Of a DNA stretch of 64,000 bases, positions 36,756 to 49,599 are shown one piece after another. Positions within the stretch are counted from its first letter, which is position 1. The number at the start of each line of letters is the position of its first letter. Under the pieces are notes generated by a model. It did no database searches and was not told where the DNA came from. It saw only the letters and a list, made by a program, of their open reading frames with translations. The translations under genes were made by a program, and so were the position numbers. The DNA is from Octopus sinensis (taxonomy: Eukaryota), in the NCBI RefSeq assembly GCF_006345805.1, contig NC_043006.1, positions 17,918,001-17,982,000 of the forward strand, written 5' to 3'.

Positions 36756-37217
36756 AAATACATATGCATACATATATAGCTACGTATGTATTTATATGCA
36801 CAAGGAAAATATTAATAGCATCTTCAACTATGTAATGACAGTAAGTAAGCCGAAACTTGAAAATCACTGTCAACCTTTCCTTGTAAAATAAATAAATAAC
36901 TATGCTACTCTACTGAAAATATATAGAGTGATCTTTCAGTTTAACATTTGGCTGCTTTATATATAGCTTTACGTAAAAAATCCATTAATATGCATGAGTG
37001 TGTTTGTATATTGACATTGGATGGGCTTCTTTTCAAAGTGACTTATACACACACACACACGCACACATATATATTCAAGAGTCAAAATCTCGGCTCATCA
37101 ATGTTTGGGGTTCCTGATAGATGGTGACACGGAACAAACCAAATGTTTTCACACATTTTTACCATAAGAGAGATATTTTCTCCACAGTAACTGTAGTGAA
37201 TATGTCACAAACATATT

Positions 37218-37890
37218 TTAACCCTTTCGTTACTATATTTCTGACCAAAATACACCCCTTATGTGTTTCAATTAATTTCTAACGTAATCATAAATTTAGT
37301 CTGGTTTCATTAAACAACTATAACTTTTTTATTTATCAATATATTAACGTGAATTTTGGAAGATAATTTAATGAAATGTTCTCAATTAATTCTATACTAT
37401 AATTTTTGTCACAAATTGACTCTAATTGCAGGTAGGTAAATTCAACAAAATATAAAATTATTAAAATTTTGTTCAAACATCGCTATAGAAAATGGGTTAT
37501 TAGCTAATATTCAATTGGGTATACAACAAAATTTTACGATAGAATTTGTTATTCTGGGTAACTTTCTGATATCCATAATAATATTTATGGCAAAATAGTC
37601 TTAATTTCATTTAAGGTTATGGGAAACCACTAATTATCCTTTCTTTCATTTTGTTTACATTTAGCGTAACCGTTCGTTTCCGCTGTAATGATTTCAAATA
37701 GGCTCATTCGTAAAAGTAAAAAGAAATAGTCTAAGGCTTTACTCTTCTGGGAAAGTCTGTGGCTTGGTCCAGTTTCTTCAGAAAAATCACCGAAAGAAAC
37801 AGTTTTTAAATTTTCACTCCATTCAGGTGCCAATTCATTTTCTTTATCGCTGTCGGAGCTCTCGGATTCACTGTTTTCACTTTCGGAAAA
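37218..37890 (-). mobile_element. piggyBac relic: TTAA|CCCTTT terminus plus N-terminal transposase fragment
   Basis: Minus strand reads acidic SESENSESESSDSDKENE, then TGPSHRL..LDYFFLLL..LFEIITAETNGYA..*WFPITLNEIK / YFAINIIMDIRKLPRI, the piggyBac ETN.YA..W..T..EIK.F.G..I.MG..LP block with a stop and a frameshift. Confidence 0.78.
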
Positions 37891-37968
37891 TGTGTGTGTG
37901 TATGTATGTGTATATATATATGTGTATATATATATGTGTATATATATATATATATGTGTATATATATA

Positions 37969-40900
37969 CTTTGATACTTTGATAGGTTTCGGCCATTATT
38001 GGCCCAGGCCATGTCTAACTTAATAGCACCACCTGGTGAAGTCTTTCAAGTCAGAATTTGGGCACTATGGCCCACTCAAGTAGAGAGTTATTGTTTACAG
38101 AGACATATCCGGGTGTAGGGGGTTTATCCGGGATTTCTTGAAGGAATCTGTCCAAAGACTTCTTGAACCCTATAGGGTCAGTTTCTGTTTTAATGTGTTT
38201 TGGTGTAATGTTAAAGAGAGCGGGGCCAATTGAGGTGAAATAATTGTGCCGTATTGTTGTTATGAGATGAGAGTGCGATTTTTGTTTTGGGCGGATGGCA
38301 CGGGGCCCAAGCCTTGGATGTACCTTAAAGGTGATGCCAACATCATTTGGGCAATGCTGATGGAATATTTTCCACATCATGCAGATGATGTAGCGCTCAC
38401 GATGACGTTGGAGAGAATAGAGTTTTAGCTTTTCTAGTTGACCCCAATAGTTGAGGCCTGTCATGCCATCTATCTTTTTTGTGATTGCCCTTTGAGGTGC
38501 TTCAACTTTTATGATACCTTGTATTGTGTGGGGAGACCACAGTGGACAACAGTATTCAAGGTGGGGTCGGGCAAAAGTGGAGAAGAGAAGGATAATGGTG
38601 TGGATATCTCTCGACTGGAAAGTTCTGAGAATCCAGGAACACATTCTGCGGGCCATGTCAACTTTGGTGTTTATATGAGTGGCCCAGCTTACGTTGTTGT
38701 CCACAATTACTCCCAAGTCTCTGATGTTGTTGGACGGCGCGAGAGTTTCACCTGAAGGAAGGGAGTATGGGAGTTTCAGGGCATCCTCTTTTCCAAAGTG
38801 GATTAGCTCAAATTTATCCTCGTTCAGCAGCATATTGTTTTTTTCTGCCCATTGGATAACAGCCAGTAAATCTGACTGAAGGCATGTCCGGTCACTCGCC
38901 TCATTTATGACCTTCTGTAGCTTGGAGTCATCTGCAAAGATTTTTATGTTGCTGTGCTTGATGATGTCATTAATGTCATTAATGTAAATGATGAAAAGAA
39001 GTGGGCCCAGCACAGTGCCTTGCGGAATGCCACTACTGACTTTGGCTGGGCTTGATTTTACCCCTTCAACTACAACATGTTGAGATTTGTCTGTCAGGAA
39101 ACACTTAATCCATTTCAGTAACTTTCCAGAGACACCAATGTTGGATAGTTTTTTTCAATAGGATCTTGTGATCGACCCTGTCGAAGGCCTTACTGAAATC
39201 AAGGTAGATGACATCAGTGTTGGAGCCCTCTCCCAAAGCTCTCAAAATGTCCTCAAAGTGATGCAGGAGCTGCGTTAGGCAGTCCCTTCCATTACGGAAC
39301 CCATGTTGGTTGGAGATCAGCCGTCTGTTGCTTTCCAGAAATTGGGTTATTCGAGATCTCACCACCCTCTCAAATACCTTGATGATATGAGAGGTGAGTG
39401 AGATCGGACGGTAATTCACTGCAAGGGACTTGTTTCCCTTTTTGAAAACTGGGACAACAGACTGGGACAGAAGGTTTTTTGGAATATAGCCAGCATCCAG
39501 TGAGTTTCTCCACAGATTAGCAAGGGGAGATGCAAGTTGGTGTCGACACACCTTCAGGACACAAGCAGGGAACCTATCGGGGCCTACTGCTGAATTGTGT
39601 TTTATTTCGTTTATCGCCGAAAACAGAGCAGTATTGTTTCTGCAGTATCTCGGCCATGGATTTGGCATTATCTTGGAGAGTGCCAGTTTCGTCAATTAGA
39701 GGGCCTACAGTGGAGACAGTGACCCTGCGTTTCCTCGCAAATGAAAAGAACACTTTGGGGTTGAGTTTGATTTTTTCAATGGCCCACTTCTCCTCAGCTG
39801 ATCTTTGGTTATTGATGAGGGTCTTCATGCATTGTTGGAGGTTATTTTTTGGATTCAAGCAGTGCGATAGCCGTCGAATGTGTGTGTTGCTGTTGGCAGT
39901 ACTTTAGTTTGTTAATTTTTTTGTTTGTTCTTTTTATTTTTCTGATAATGGTTTTTCTGTTTTGGGGGATTCTGCACTTTTTGTTCACAGGTCTTGGTGG
40001 GGAGTGTTTTGCACATATGTCTGTGACGTTGTCTACAAAGATCTGCCAAGATGTTTTATGGTTGGTGGAGATGTGTGTATGTGTAAAGGACCAGTCAACA
40101 TTTGATAGTTCGTTCCTGATTGCATCCCAGTTGGCTTTATGGAGATCCATGTTGTCAAATGGGTGGGTGGAGGAAGGTCACTAGGATTAGCTTTCGGCTG
40201 GTGGAATTTCATGTTACAGAGAACCATGTCATGGTCTGAAGAAGGGTTTTTTCCACTGTAACGTTATGTATAGTGTTAGTGTGGTTACTAAACACTAGGT
40301 CCAAAATGTTCTGATGTCTTGTTGGTGCAAGGACAAGTTGGGACAAGAAAAACTCATTCGTAAAGTCGAAAAGTGACTCTGCTGCTTCTTTGTCAGCGGT
40401 TGAGGCGGGAGTGCTTGGTTTCAAACAGTTTGTAGTCCAGTCAACACAGGGTAGATTGAAGTCTCCCATCATGAGTATGTTGCTAGAATGGCACTGTTGA
40501 ATAAAGCACTTAATGCTGTTGAGGCATTCTTTAAAGCACAGTATGGGTGTTTGGGGCGGCCTATAGAGCCCAATTACTGTCAGGTCATTGGCTTTGTTGT
40601 GCACGGTGACTGATTCACAGTAGCCGTGGAGAATATACTATTTCCATCTGCCGTAAATGAATCATGCAGGAAAATGGCAGTTCCACCCTTCCTCCTGCCG
40701 ATACGATCCGCGCGGATGGTTGTGAATTCTTCACTCTCACTTCGGCTTCCAAGTGGGAGTTGTCAAGGTGGGTCTCAGTGAGAATGAAGAAAGGGATATG
40801 TGGTGTGAATGGTTACCAACCCAGTCTTCAATGAATTGGACCTTCCATTTTTGTGCATTGATGGAAGGGCTGACACCTTGTGCATTGAGTAGGAATGTGG

Positions 40901-41230
40901 AGGTTAGTGTAGTGGCTGGTTTTGACTGTTGCAGGGGGCTTGGATTTTTTGTGTGTGTTAGTGGCAGCAATGTGGGGAATTGGTGCACTGGGGTAATAGC
41001 ATAGGATGGTGTTGAGTGATGGCTAGAATGTTTTTGTGTATCTCTTTTGCCATGGTCAACATGGCTAAAAAAGAATTTTCCTGCTTAGGGAGCAGTTTTT
41101 GGCTGGAGGTGTGGTTGCACTGTTGGATAGGGTTGTAGTTTCCACTTTTGTTGTTGTTTTTGTGTCTTCCTGAAAAGACTGGACCAGCATTACTGCAGCA
41201 TGGTGTGTTTCTATTTTTATTGTTATTCAG
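37969..41230 (-). mobile_element. CR1-clade LINE, near-complete ORF2 (EN+RT) broken by frameshifts, possible ORF1 tail
   Basis: EN motifs FTETHL, RADRIGRRKGGTAIF, GLYRPP, MGDFNLP, ILDLVF; RT motifs GPDRF, NYRPISLTS, YLDFSKAFDRVDH, GPLLFIIYIND, FADDSKL; CR1-type [13 protein letters not shown]; split over at least six ORF pieces; (TATCAAAG)2 tail. Confidence 0.9.
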
Positions 41231-41231
41231 G

Positions 41232-41615
41232 TTTGTGTATATATATGTGTATATATATATGTGTGTATATATATGTGTGTGTATATATGTGTGTGTATAT
41301 ATGTGTGTGTATATATGTGTGTGTATATATGTGTGTGTATATATGTGTGTGTATATATGTGTGTGTATATGTGTGTGTATATATGTGTGTGTGTATATAT
41401 GTGTGTGTGTATATATGTGTGTGTGTATATATGTTGTGTATATATGTGTGTGTATATTATGTGTGTGTTATATATATTGTGTGTATAATGTGTGTGTATA
41501 TATATGTGTGTGTATATATGTGTGTGTTATATTTGTGTGTGTATATATATGTGTGTGTATATATGTGTGTGTATATATATGTGTATATATATATGTGTAT
41601 ATATATATATATATA
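41232..41615. repeat. (TG)/(TA) compound microsatellite at the CR1 5' end
   Basis: Direct reading. Confidence 0.92.
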
Positions 41616-41616
41616 A

Positions 41617-41781
41617 AGGGAGAATTCACAAAAGACAAAGACAGATGGTGTAGACAACAAACAGATGTATTAGTATAAGGCTCAGGAAGTGAAAAAGTCT
41701 TTAACATTTTGAGCCTATGTTCTTCAACAGAAAGAAACAAGGAGAGAAAATAAAAAATGTGTAGTGGCTAGCGATCTATCA
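41617..41781 (-). mobile_element. Second copy of the 7385-7572 family
   Basis: Shares GACAAAGACAG.TGGTGTA..AAACAG.TGTATTAGTATAA.GCTCAGGAA.TGAAAAAGTCTTT. Confidence 0.55.
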
Positions 41782-42223
41782 TGAGACCAATGTGCCTGAT
41801 TCTATGAAACAAACTTTCTGCCTGTAAGTGTTTTAAATTACAACCTTCCTTCAAAATTCTGTGTTAATTTATGTTCCAAACACCAACTTAATAAATGACC
41901 TCACTGTTTTATCAAATTTTTAATTGTTTTCAAAATTAATTGAAACAAAGCAGTATATTAAAAAAAAACTGGTAATAAAAGCATTACAGAATCATTAGTG
42001 AACCTAATTACCATTTTTTAAAAAATATACTGCTTTGTTTCAATTAATTTTGAAAACAATTAAAAATTTGATAAAATAATGAGGTCATTTATTAAGTCGG
42101 TGTTTGGAACATAAATTAACACAGAATTTTGAAGGAAGGTTGTAATTTAAAACACTTAAGCAGAAAGTTGGTCCCATAGAATCAGGCACATTGGTCTCAA
42201 GTAGGTTGGTATCAAAAGAGTTA
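41782..42223. mobile_element. Inverted dimer of family C MITE (arms ~41782-41976 and 42007-42199)
   Basis: GAGACCAATGTGCCTGATTCTATG and CATAGAATCAGGCACATTGGTCTC are exact reverse complements; the rest of the arms pair throughout. Confidence 0.85.
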
Positions 42224-42975
42224 AAAGTGTCCCGATGGAAGAGAACGGGAACAAAAAAATTAATTTGAACTACAAACTATGATTTGACATACTCTCAAAT
42301 GACTGGCAATTGTTTAACCAGTTTGTATCAATACTTCTACCAATGACTTAAATTTGCTGTGTTGAATTTTTTTGAATTAATTCCAAGTCAGAAGATAACT
42401 TACTATTTGTTTTCTTCTGTCCAAATCAATGTCTGTATTTATTGCTTCTATTTACATATGCTATCTAAATGTCACTTCTTATTGCATACATGGAGGCAGA
42501 TATTTTTGGCCGTAGTTAAAAGCACAGATGTGTATTTTATTTATGTATCTCAAACTGTGAACAATAGCATTCTTGGTTTATAGGTTTCCAATAGGCCTAT
42601 CACTGGTTTACTGTACATATTCCTGACAGCAGTGAACTAGTGAGAGTAACAAAGGAGTATTAATAACAGAGGGGACTTAGTTACTAAACACCAGCTTTCC
42701 ACGTTTCTTTTGGTGTTTATATGTTTATATCTTTCACTGATATATATCAATGAAAAATATACACATGCCTAATGTGCGCACATACAGATATTTGCGTGTG
42801 TATACATATGCATATACACATGGGTGTGTGTGTGTATGTATTTGTATGTATATATATATATGTATTTGTATGTATGTATGTGCGCCTAATGTGCGCACAT
42901 ACAGATATTTGCATGTGTATACATATGCATACACACATGGGTGTGTGTGTGTATGTATTTGTATGTATATATATA

Positions 42976-43597
42976 ACTTAGGAATAACGTAGGAAGGTTT
43001 TGGCCAGTATTGGCCAGGCCATGTCTAACTTAATAGCACCACCTGGCGAAGTATTTCAGTTCAGGGTTTGGGCACCAAGGCCCATTCGAGCAGAGAGTTA
43101 TTGTTTGCGGGACATATCCGGGTGTGGGTGGTTGGTCCGGTACTGTTGAAGGAATTGTCCAAAGACTTCTTGAATTTGTTGTGGTCAGTTTCTTTTTTGA
43201 CGTTGTCTGGTGTAATGTTGAAGAGGAGCGGGTCCAATTGATGTGAAATAGTTGTGCCATTATTGTCGTTATGTGATGCGATTTAGATTTGTTGTGGACG
43301 GATGGCACGTGGTCCAAGCCTTGATGCAATTTTGAAGGTGATGCCAACATCATTCGGACAGTGCTGATGGAATATGTTCCACATCATACAGATAATGTAG
43401 CGTTCACAGGTCGTTGGAGTGAATACAATTCAGCTTCTTAGTCTACCCGTAGTATAGTCAAGGTCTGACATGCCATCTATCTTTTTTGTGATGACTTTGG
43501 GGAGCTTCAATCTCATAATATTTGTTTTGTGTTAGGGAGACCACAGTGGACAGCAGTATTTCAAGGTGGGGGGCGGGCAAAAGTGGAGAAGAGAAGG

Positions 43598-43600
<3 letters not shown>
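42976..43600 (-). mobile_element. Second, heavily 5'-truncated copy of the same CR1 family
   Basis: Aligns by eye to 37985-38592 including GGCCATGTCTAACTTAATAGCACCACCTGG; ends at GAAGAGAAGGATA in a TA array. Confidence 0.88.
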
Positions 43601-43633
<33 letters not shown>

Positions 43634-43819
43634 CATATATATATATACACACGTATATATATATAAATATACACATATATAGATATAAATATACACACAT
43701 ATATATATATAAACGTATATATATAAATATACACACACACACACATATATATACACACACCTATATATATATACACACAATTTATTATATATACTATATA
43801 TATATACACATATATATAT

Positions 43820-43868
<49 letters not shown>

Positions 43869-44269
43869 TATATATATAATATATACACCACACACATATA
43901 TATAATATATTATATATAGTATTTGTAATGTGATGTATTTTGTATGTATTATATATATATATATATATATCTGTATTTGTATGTATATATATATATATAT
44001 TATATATATATATGTATTTGTATGTATATATATGTATTTGTATGATAATTATATATATATGTATTTGTATGTATATATATATGTTATTTGTATGTGTGTA
44101 TATATATTATATATATATGTATTTGTATGTGTATATTATGTATATATATATATATTATATATATATATGGATGTTTGTATGTATATATATATATATAGTA
44201 TATATATATATATGTATTTGATGTATATATATATATAATATATATATATAATATATATGTATTTGTATG

Positions 44270-44304
<35 letters not shown>

Positions 44305-44753
44305 TTGTATGTATATATATTATATATATATATAATATATATGTATTTGTATGTTATATTATATATATATATATATGTATGTATATATAGATATATATAT
44401 AATGTATTTTGTATGTATGTAATATATATATATATATATATATGTATTTGTATGTAATGTATGTATATATTATATATATATATGTATTTGTATGTATGTA
44501 TATATATATATGTATTTGTATGTATTATATATATATATATATATATATGTGTATATAATATATATATATATATATTATGTATTTGTATGTATGTATATAT
44601 ATATATATATAATGTATTTTGTATGTATGTATATATAATATATATATATGTATTTGTATGTATGTATTATATATATGTATTTGTATGTATATATATATAT
44701 AGTATATATATGTATTTGTATGTATATATATATATATAAATATATGTATTTTG

Positions 44754-44784
<31 letters not shown>

Positions 44785-45136
44785 GTATTTGTATGTATAT
44801 TATATATATTATATATATTATGTATTTGTATGTATTATATATATATATATATAGTATTGGTATGTATATATATATATATATATAATGTATTTGTATGATA
44901 TATATTATATATATATGTATTGTAGGTATATATATATATATGTATTTGTATGTTATATATAATATATATATAATATGTATTTGTGGTATATATATATATT
45001 ATGTATTTATATGATATTATATAATATATATATATGTATTTGTATGTATATATATATTTGTATGTATGTATTTATATGTATGTAGATGTACTTAGGTGTT
45101 TGTATATATTTGTGTGTTTATGTATGTATATATGTA

Positions 45137-45168
<32 letters not shown>

Positions 45169-45170
45169 CG
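43600..45170. repeat. ~1.6 kb degenerate TA-rich array with recurring GTATTTGTATG unit
   Basis: Direct reading. Confidence 0.92.
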
Positions 45171-45924
45171 TGATGTGCATAAGATTTTACAAATCATTAA
45201 GCGTAAGACAAAATTAGCAAAGTTTAAAAGAATGTATAAAAGAATTTAAAACAAATAAACTCTAAAAATACTATCCAAGAAATTCAGGAACAACTTTCCT
45301 TTTATACCATTCCAATAATCTAAAGTACATACAAGGTTAAACTAAAAGATGGAACACCTAAAGCAACATAACAACTGACTATTTAAAAGATAAACAAATT
45401 GAATTAGTTACAAAACATTGTCTTTAAGATGAAAGCTTTATTTGAATAATCTTGTAGAATGTCCATATTATACATGAATAAATATAATGTATGTTGATTT
45501 GTACATTCATATATAAATATATACATACAAGGAATATCATCATCATCATCGTTTAGCGTCCGCTTTCCATGCTAGCATGGGTTGGACAGTTCAACTGGGG
45601 TCTGGGAAGCCAGAAGGCTGCATCAGGCCCAGTCTGATCTGGCAGTGTTTCTACGGCTGGATGCCCTTCCTAACGCCAACCACTCCGTGAGTGTGGGTGC
45701 TTTTTACGTACCACCTGCACATATGGAACACAGAATATATGGGGTGAAATTATGCAGGTGGGTACCATACAAGCACTCAGTTATAATCCAGTTTCAGGCT
45801 AATCACATTGAGTAGTAAGCAACACCTAGGATTACTTAGGGTGAGCAATCTCACTGTAATTCCCCCAATGGGTAAATCCTGGGCTCACTTCACTGGATTA
45901 TGTATCCAAGACATTTATGATGAA

Positions 45925-46301
45925 CTAGCAGTATCGCCCGGGTTTGTAAGGGAAATAACTATAAAGCATTTTTAGAGAGTTATAGCCAAAAAATAGCAAA
46001 AAAATGGGAGGGAAAATGATGGTAAATTTTTTTTTGGATAGTTAAAAAGGTCGAGTTGCGTCCCCTAGACCATCTGTGGTTTGTGTTTCTGATTGTCGAC
46101 CCCATGTCGAATTTATCGATCTTTTTCAGAACTGGGGGAACTTTTCAAAATTTTCGCTGCGTTAGTTTTGAATTATGACATTGGGCTATGTGTGTGTCAA
46201 GTTTCATCAGAATCGGTTGAAAGCCGTGGTCAGAGTGAGGGTACAACCAAACAGACACACAGAAACACACACAGACAAACTGCCGTTTATATAGAGAGAG
46301 A
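45925..46301 (-). mobile_element. Non-autonomous Helitron-type element
   Basis: Minus strand A|TC ... CTAG|T ends; 3' end shared with 49209 and 55812 copies. Confidence 0.68.
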
Positions 46302-46366
46302 TACTGAGATTGGTACATCTGCATATTACAGTTAATTATACAGCATAATTAGTTTATATATATATA

Positions 46367-47050
46367 TCATCATCATCTTTTAACGTCCGCTTTCCATGCT
46401 AGCATGGGTTGGACGAATGACTGAGGGCTGGCGAACCAGATGGCTGCACCAGGCTTCAATCTTGATCTGGCAGAGTTTCTACAGCTGGATGCCCTTCCTA
46501 ACACCAACCACTCTGAGAGTGTAGTGGGTGCTTTTACATGCCACCGGCATGGGGCCAGTGAGGCGGTACTGGCAACGACCATGCTTAAATCTTTTACACA
46601 TACCACTGGCACAGGTGCCAGTAAGGCGATACTGATAACGATCACGCTTGAATGGTGTCTTTTACGTGCCACTGGCACGGAGGCCAGATAGCCGCTCTGA
46701 CATCAATCACGCTCAGATGATGCTCTTAATACCCTACTAGCATGGGGCTCGAGTGCCAGTAAGGCGATGCTGGTAATGATCACGCTCGAATGGAGCCTTT
46801 TAAGTTCCACTGGCACTGAAGCCGGTTAGCCACTGTCAACGATCACACTTGTATGGTGCTCTTTGCACCCTGCTAGCATGGACACCAGTCATTGATTTTG
46901 ATTTTGATTTCATTTGCCTCAACAGGTCTTCGCAAGCAGAGTTTTAGTGTCCAAAGAAGGAAAAAGGTACACATAAGTGGGCTGGTTACGCCCCTGGCAG
47001 AGGCCACGGGATTATGGTCTCATTTGGCTACCCGGGTCTTCTCACGCACG
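46367..47050 (-). mobile_element. RTE 3' fragment: complete 3'UTR plus last codons
   Basis: (CAT)n GTTTAACGTCCGC tail; GGTCTTCTCACGCACGGC matches the VREKTR end of the ORF at 59140-59160. Confidence 0.8.
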
Positions 47051-49208
47051 GCAAAATGTGTGTGTATGGTTGAGATATATATATATATGTGTGTGTGTGT
47101 GTAGTGTAATATATGGATTCATAGAATAGTGTGGCTACCACAGAAATCTCCTCCAGTGGACCCATCCAGCAGATCACATAGTAATCCAGTACAGAGGAGT
47201 ATAATACAGAGTTCCAAGCAGCTGAAATCTAAGTAATCTGATCAATGAAATTATTTCATGAGGCATATATATAAACCATAAAATGTCAGGAGGTATGGAA
47301 GGTGAATATATCCATTTAACCACAGGACCCGTCTTCTTGTAATAATAATTTCAGTGTATAATGAATTATGCTTACATGTCTCCACTAATATGCATTATAC
47401 ACTACAACTGTATGTTTACAAATTAATGCAGATAATGAAAGCTGGGTCATCAGATCACCAGAATATCGTGGTTGCACTGGTTCTACTCTGGGTTAAATCA
47501 TGATTCTACAATACATGTATTCCATGTGCTAAGAGCACCATCCGAGCATGATTGTTGCCAGAGTGGCTAACTGGCTTCTGTGCCGGTGGCACATAAAAGG
47601 CACCATTTGAGCATGATCGTTACCAGCGTCGCCTTACTGGCACCTGTGCCGGTGGCATGTGTAAAAAGATTCGAGTGAGCTCGTTGCCAGCACCGCTTGA
47701 CTGGCCCCCATGCCGGTGGCACATAAAAAGCACCCACTACACTCTCGGAGTGGTTGGCATTAGGAAGGGCATCCAGCTGTAGAAACTCTGCCAGATCATG
47801 ATTGGAGCCTGGTGCAGCCATCTGGTTCGCCAGCCCTCAGTCAAAACCATCCAACCCATGCTAGCATGGAAAGTGGACAGTAAACGATGATGATGATGAT
47901 GTATAATATGTATTGTATAATACATATCCAGCATATTAGTGCAAGCATGTAAACATGATTTATTATACACTGAAATTATTATTACATGAAGAAGACTGTG
48001 AAGGGCTCATTATCCTGTAGTTAAATAAATATATTCACCTTTTGTACTTCTTGACTTTATATGGATGTACATTTGCATGAATGTGTGTGTATAATATACA
48101 AGTATGCGCGCTTGTGTGTGTGTGTATGCAGATATCTAGGTGTCTGTGTGTCTGATATATATATATAAGGCATATGCATGGTTTCTATCTCTCTGTTAAA
48201 TTCCACTATTAATCAAATGGTATTATGTCAGATGACCCTCACCCAAACTACTCTGCAGTTTCTTAAGCAGAAAGCCATACCTATGACACCTGTATATGTG
48301 TTGCAATAAATTGTCAGAGCGATTTTGGTCAGAATATTATGCAATTGATGTTAAAAGGTGTTGCAGTAGAAGCAGTTTCTATTGTCAACTTTGTAAGGAT
48401 TTCAATGCTGTGAAAGGGTTTCAGTGCTGACTCTGTCAGCTTTATATTAGTTTTGCAGCTGCAACAATTAAAATGAAAACTTGTTTATTTACACTTCTGC
48501 TTGTATTCTATCACATTAAACATTTAGAAAATAAACATTGATATTAGGAATTTTTTTTTAATGTGTGTATAAACACATGATCAGTTTGTTATGCTATAAC
48601 CTTATATGAATCTTATATTGAATAGATATCTCTTTTTAAAAAAAACAACATTATAGTTGCATATTTTTTTACCTCTGTTGTCTGTCAGAATAATGTGGTT
48701 TACATACCTTGAAAATAACCTGATTTAGCTATATTCTGATATCATTATATCATGCTTTAAATTTTTTTATGTCGTCCAAAATCATTTTAAAACTGTCTTT
48801 GTTTGGAAGATGGGTTAGTGTAGTTAATGCTTAGATTAAGTATTTCAAAGTCAGTCATTGAAAGTAAACATGATCAGGCAGGAGGTAAAATCCAAAGGTG
48901 TCAGCTTTTTAAGAAGAAGGGCTGATGGTTTGACTGAGTTTTAGTGTTTGGCAAGGGCACCAGAGATTAAAATGTTGTGTATGTGTGACAGGGAGGTTTA
49001 AACAGGTTTGTGTGGTGGTGAGCTGCAAATGGAATTTTCACCAACTTCAGCAAAGCAAAATTTATTGTTGTTTGAGTATTATAATGAGTGGTAGGAGCAA
49101 TATTCCAAAGTTTAAATCATATTCTGATATAAATTATATTTGAGATTTTGTGTAGAGTTAGCTTAAGTTTAGTGATGAAAAAAAAAACACTTATTTAAAT
49201 ATATATAA

Positions 49209-49587
49209 CTAGCAGTATCACCCGGCGTTGCTCGGGTTTGTAAGGGAAATAACTATATAAGCATTTTTAGAGAGTTATAGCAAAAAAATGCATTAAAAAT
49301 GAAAAAAAAAATGATGGTAAATTTTTTTTTAAATCGTTGACTCATCGTAGACATTTTTAGAGAGTTACTTCCCTTATATAATAGCGAAAAAAATGCATTA
49401 AAATGGAAAAAAATGATGGTAAATTTTTTTTTTAAATCGTAGACACGCGCTAATACCCAGAAGGGCTCGATATGAATCACGACTATAAGATACCCGGTTT
49501 TGGTTAAACTGCACCGCAAAATGTGGGAGTAGTTAGGAATCTAAATCGTAGGAGACAGACACACAACCTCTCTTTTATATATAAAGA
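49209..49587 (-). mobile_element. Non-autonomous Helitron-type element
   Basis: A|TC start, CCCG-N-CGGG hairpin near a CTAG|T end, no TSD; internal ~90 bp duplication. Confidence 0.78.
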
Positions 49588-49599
49588 TATATATATAAT

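Noticed and set aside
37985-38010. GGCC-stem followed by GAAAC at the CR1 3' end considered as a hammerhead
   Set aside because: No CUGANGA-like core or stem I pairing
47143-47245. Open stretch KSPPVDPSSRSHSNPVQ... in the pore intron as a candidate cassette exon
   Set aside because: No convincing polypyrimidine tract or in-phase donor; ends in a stop
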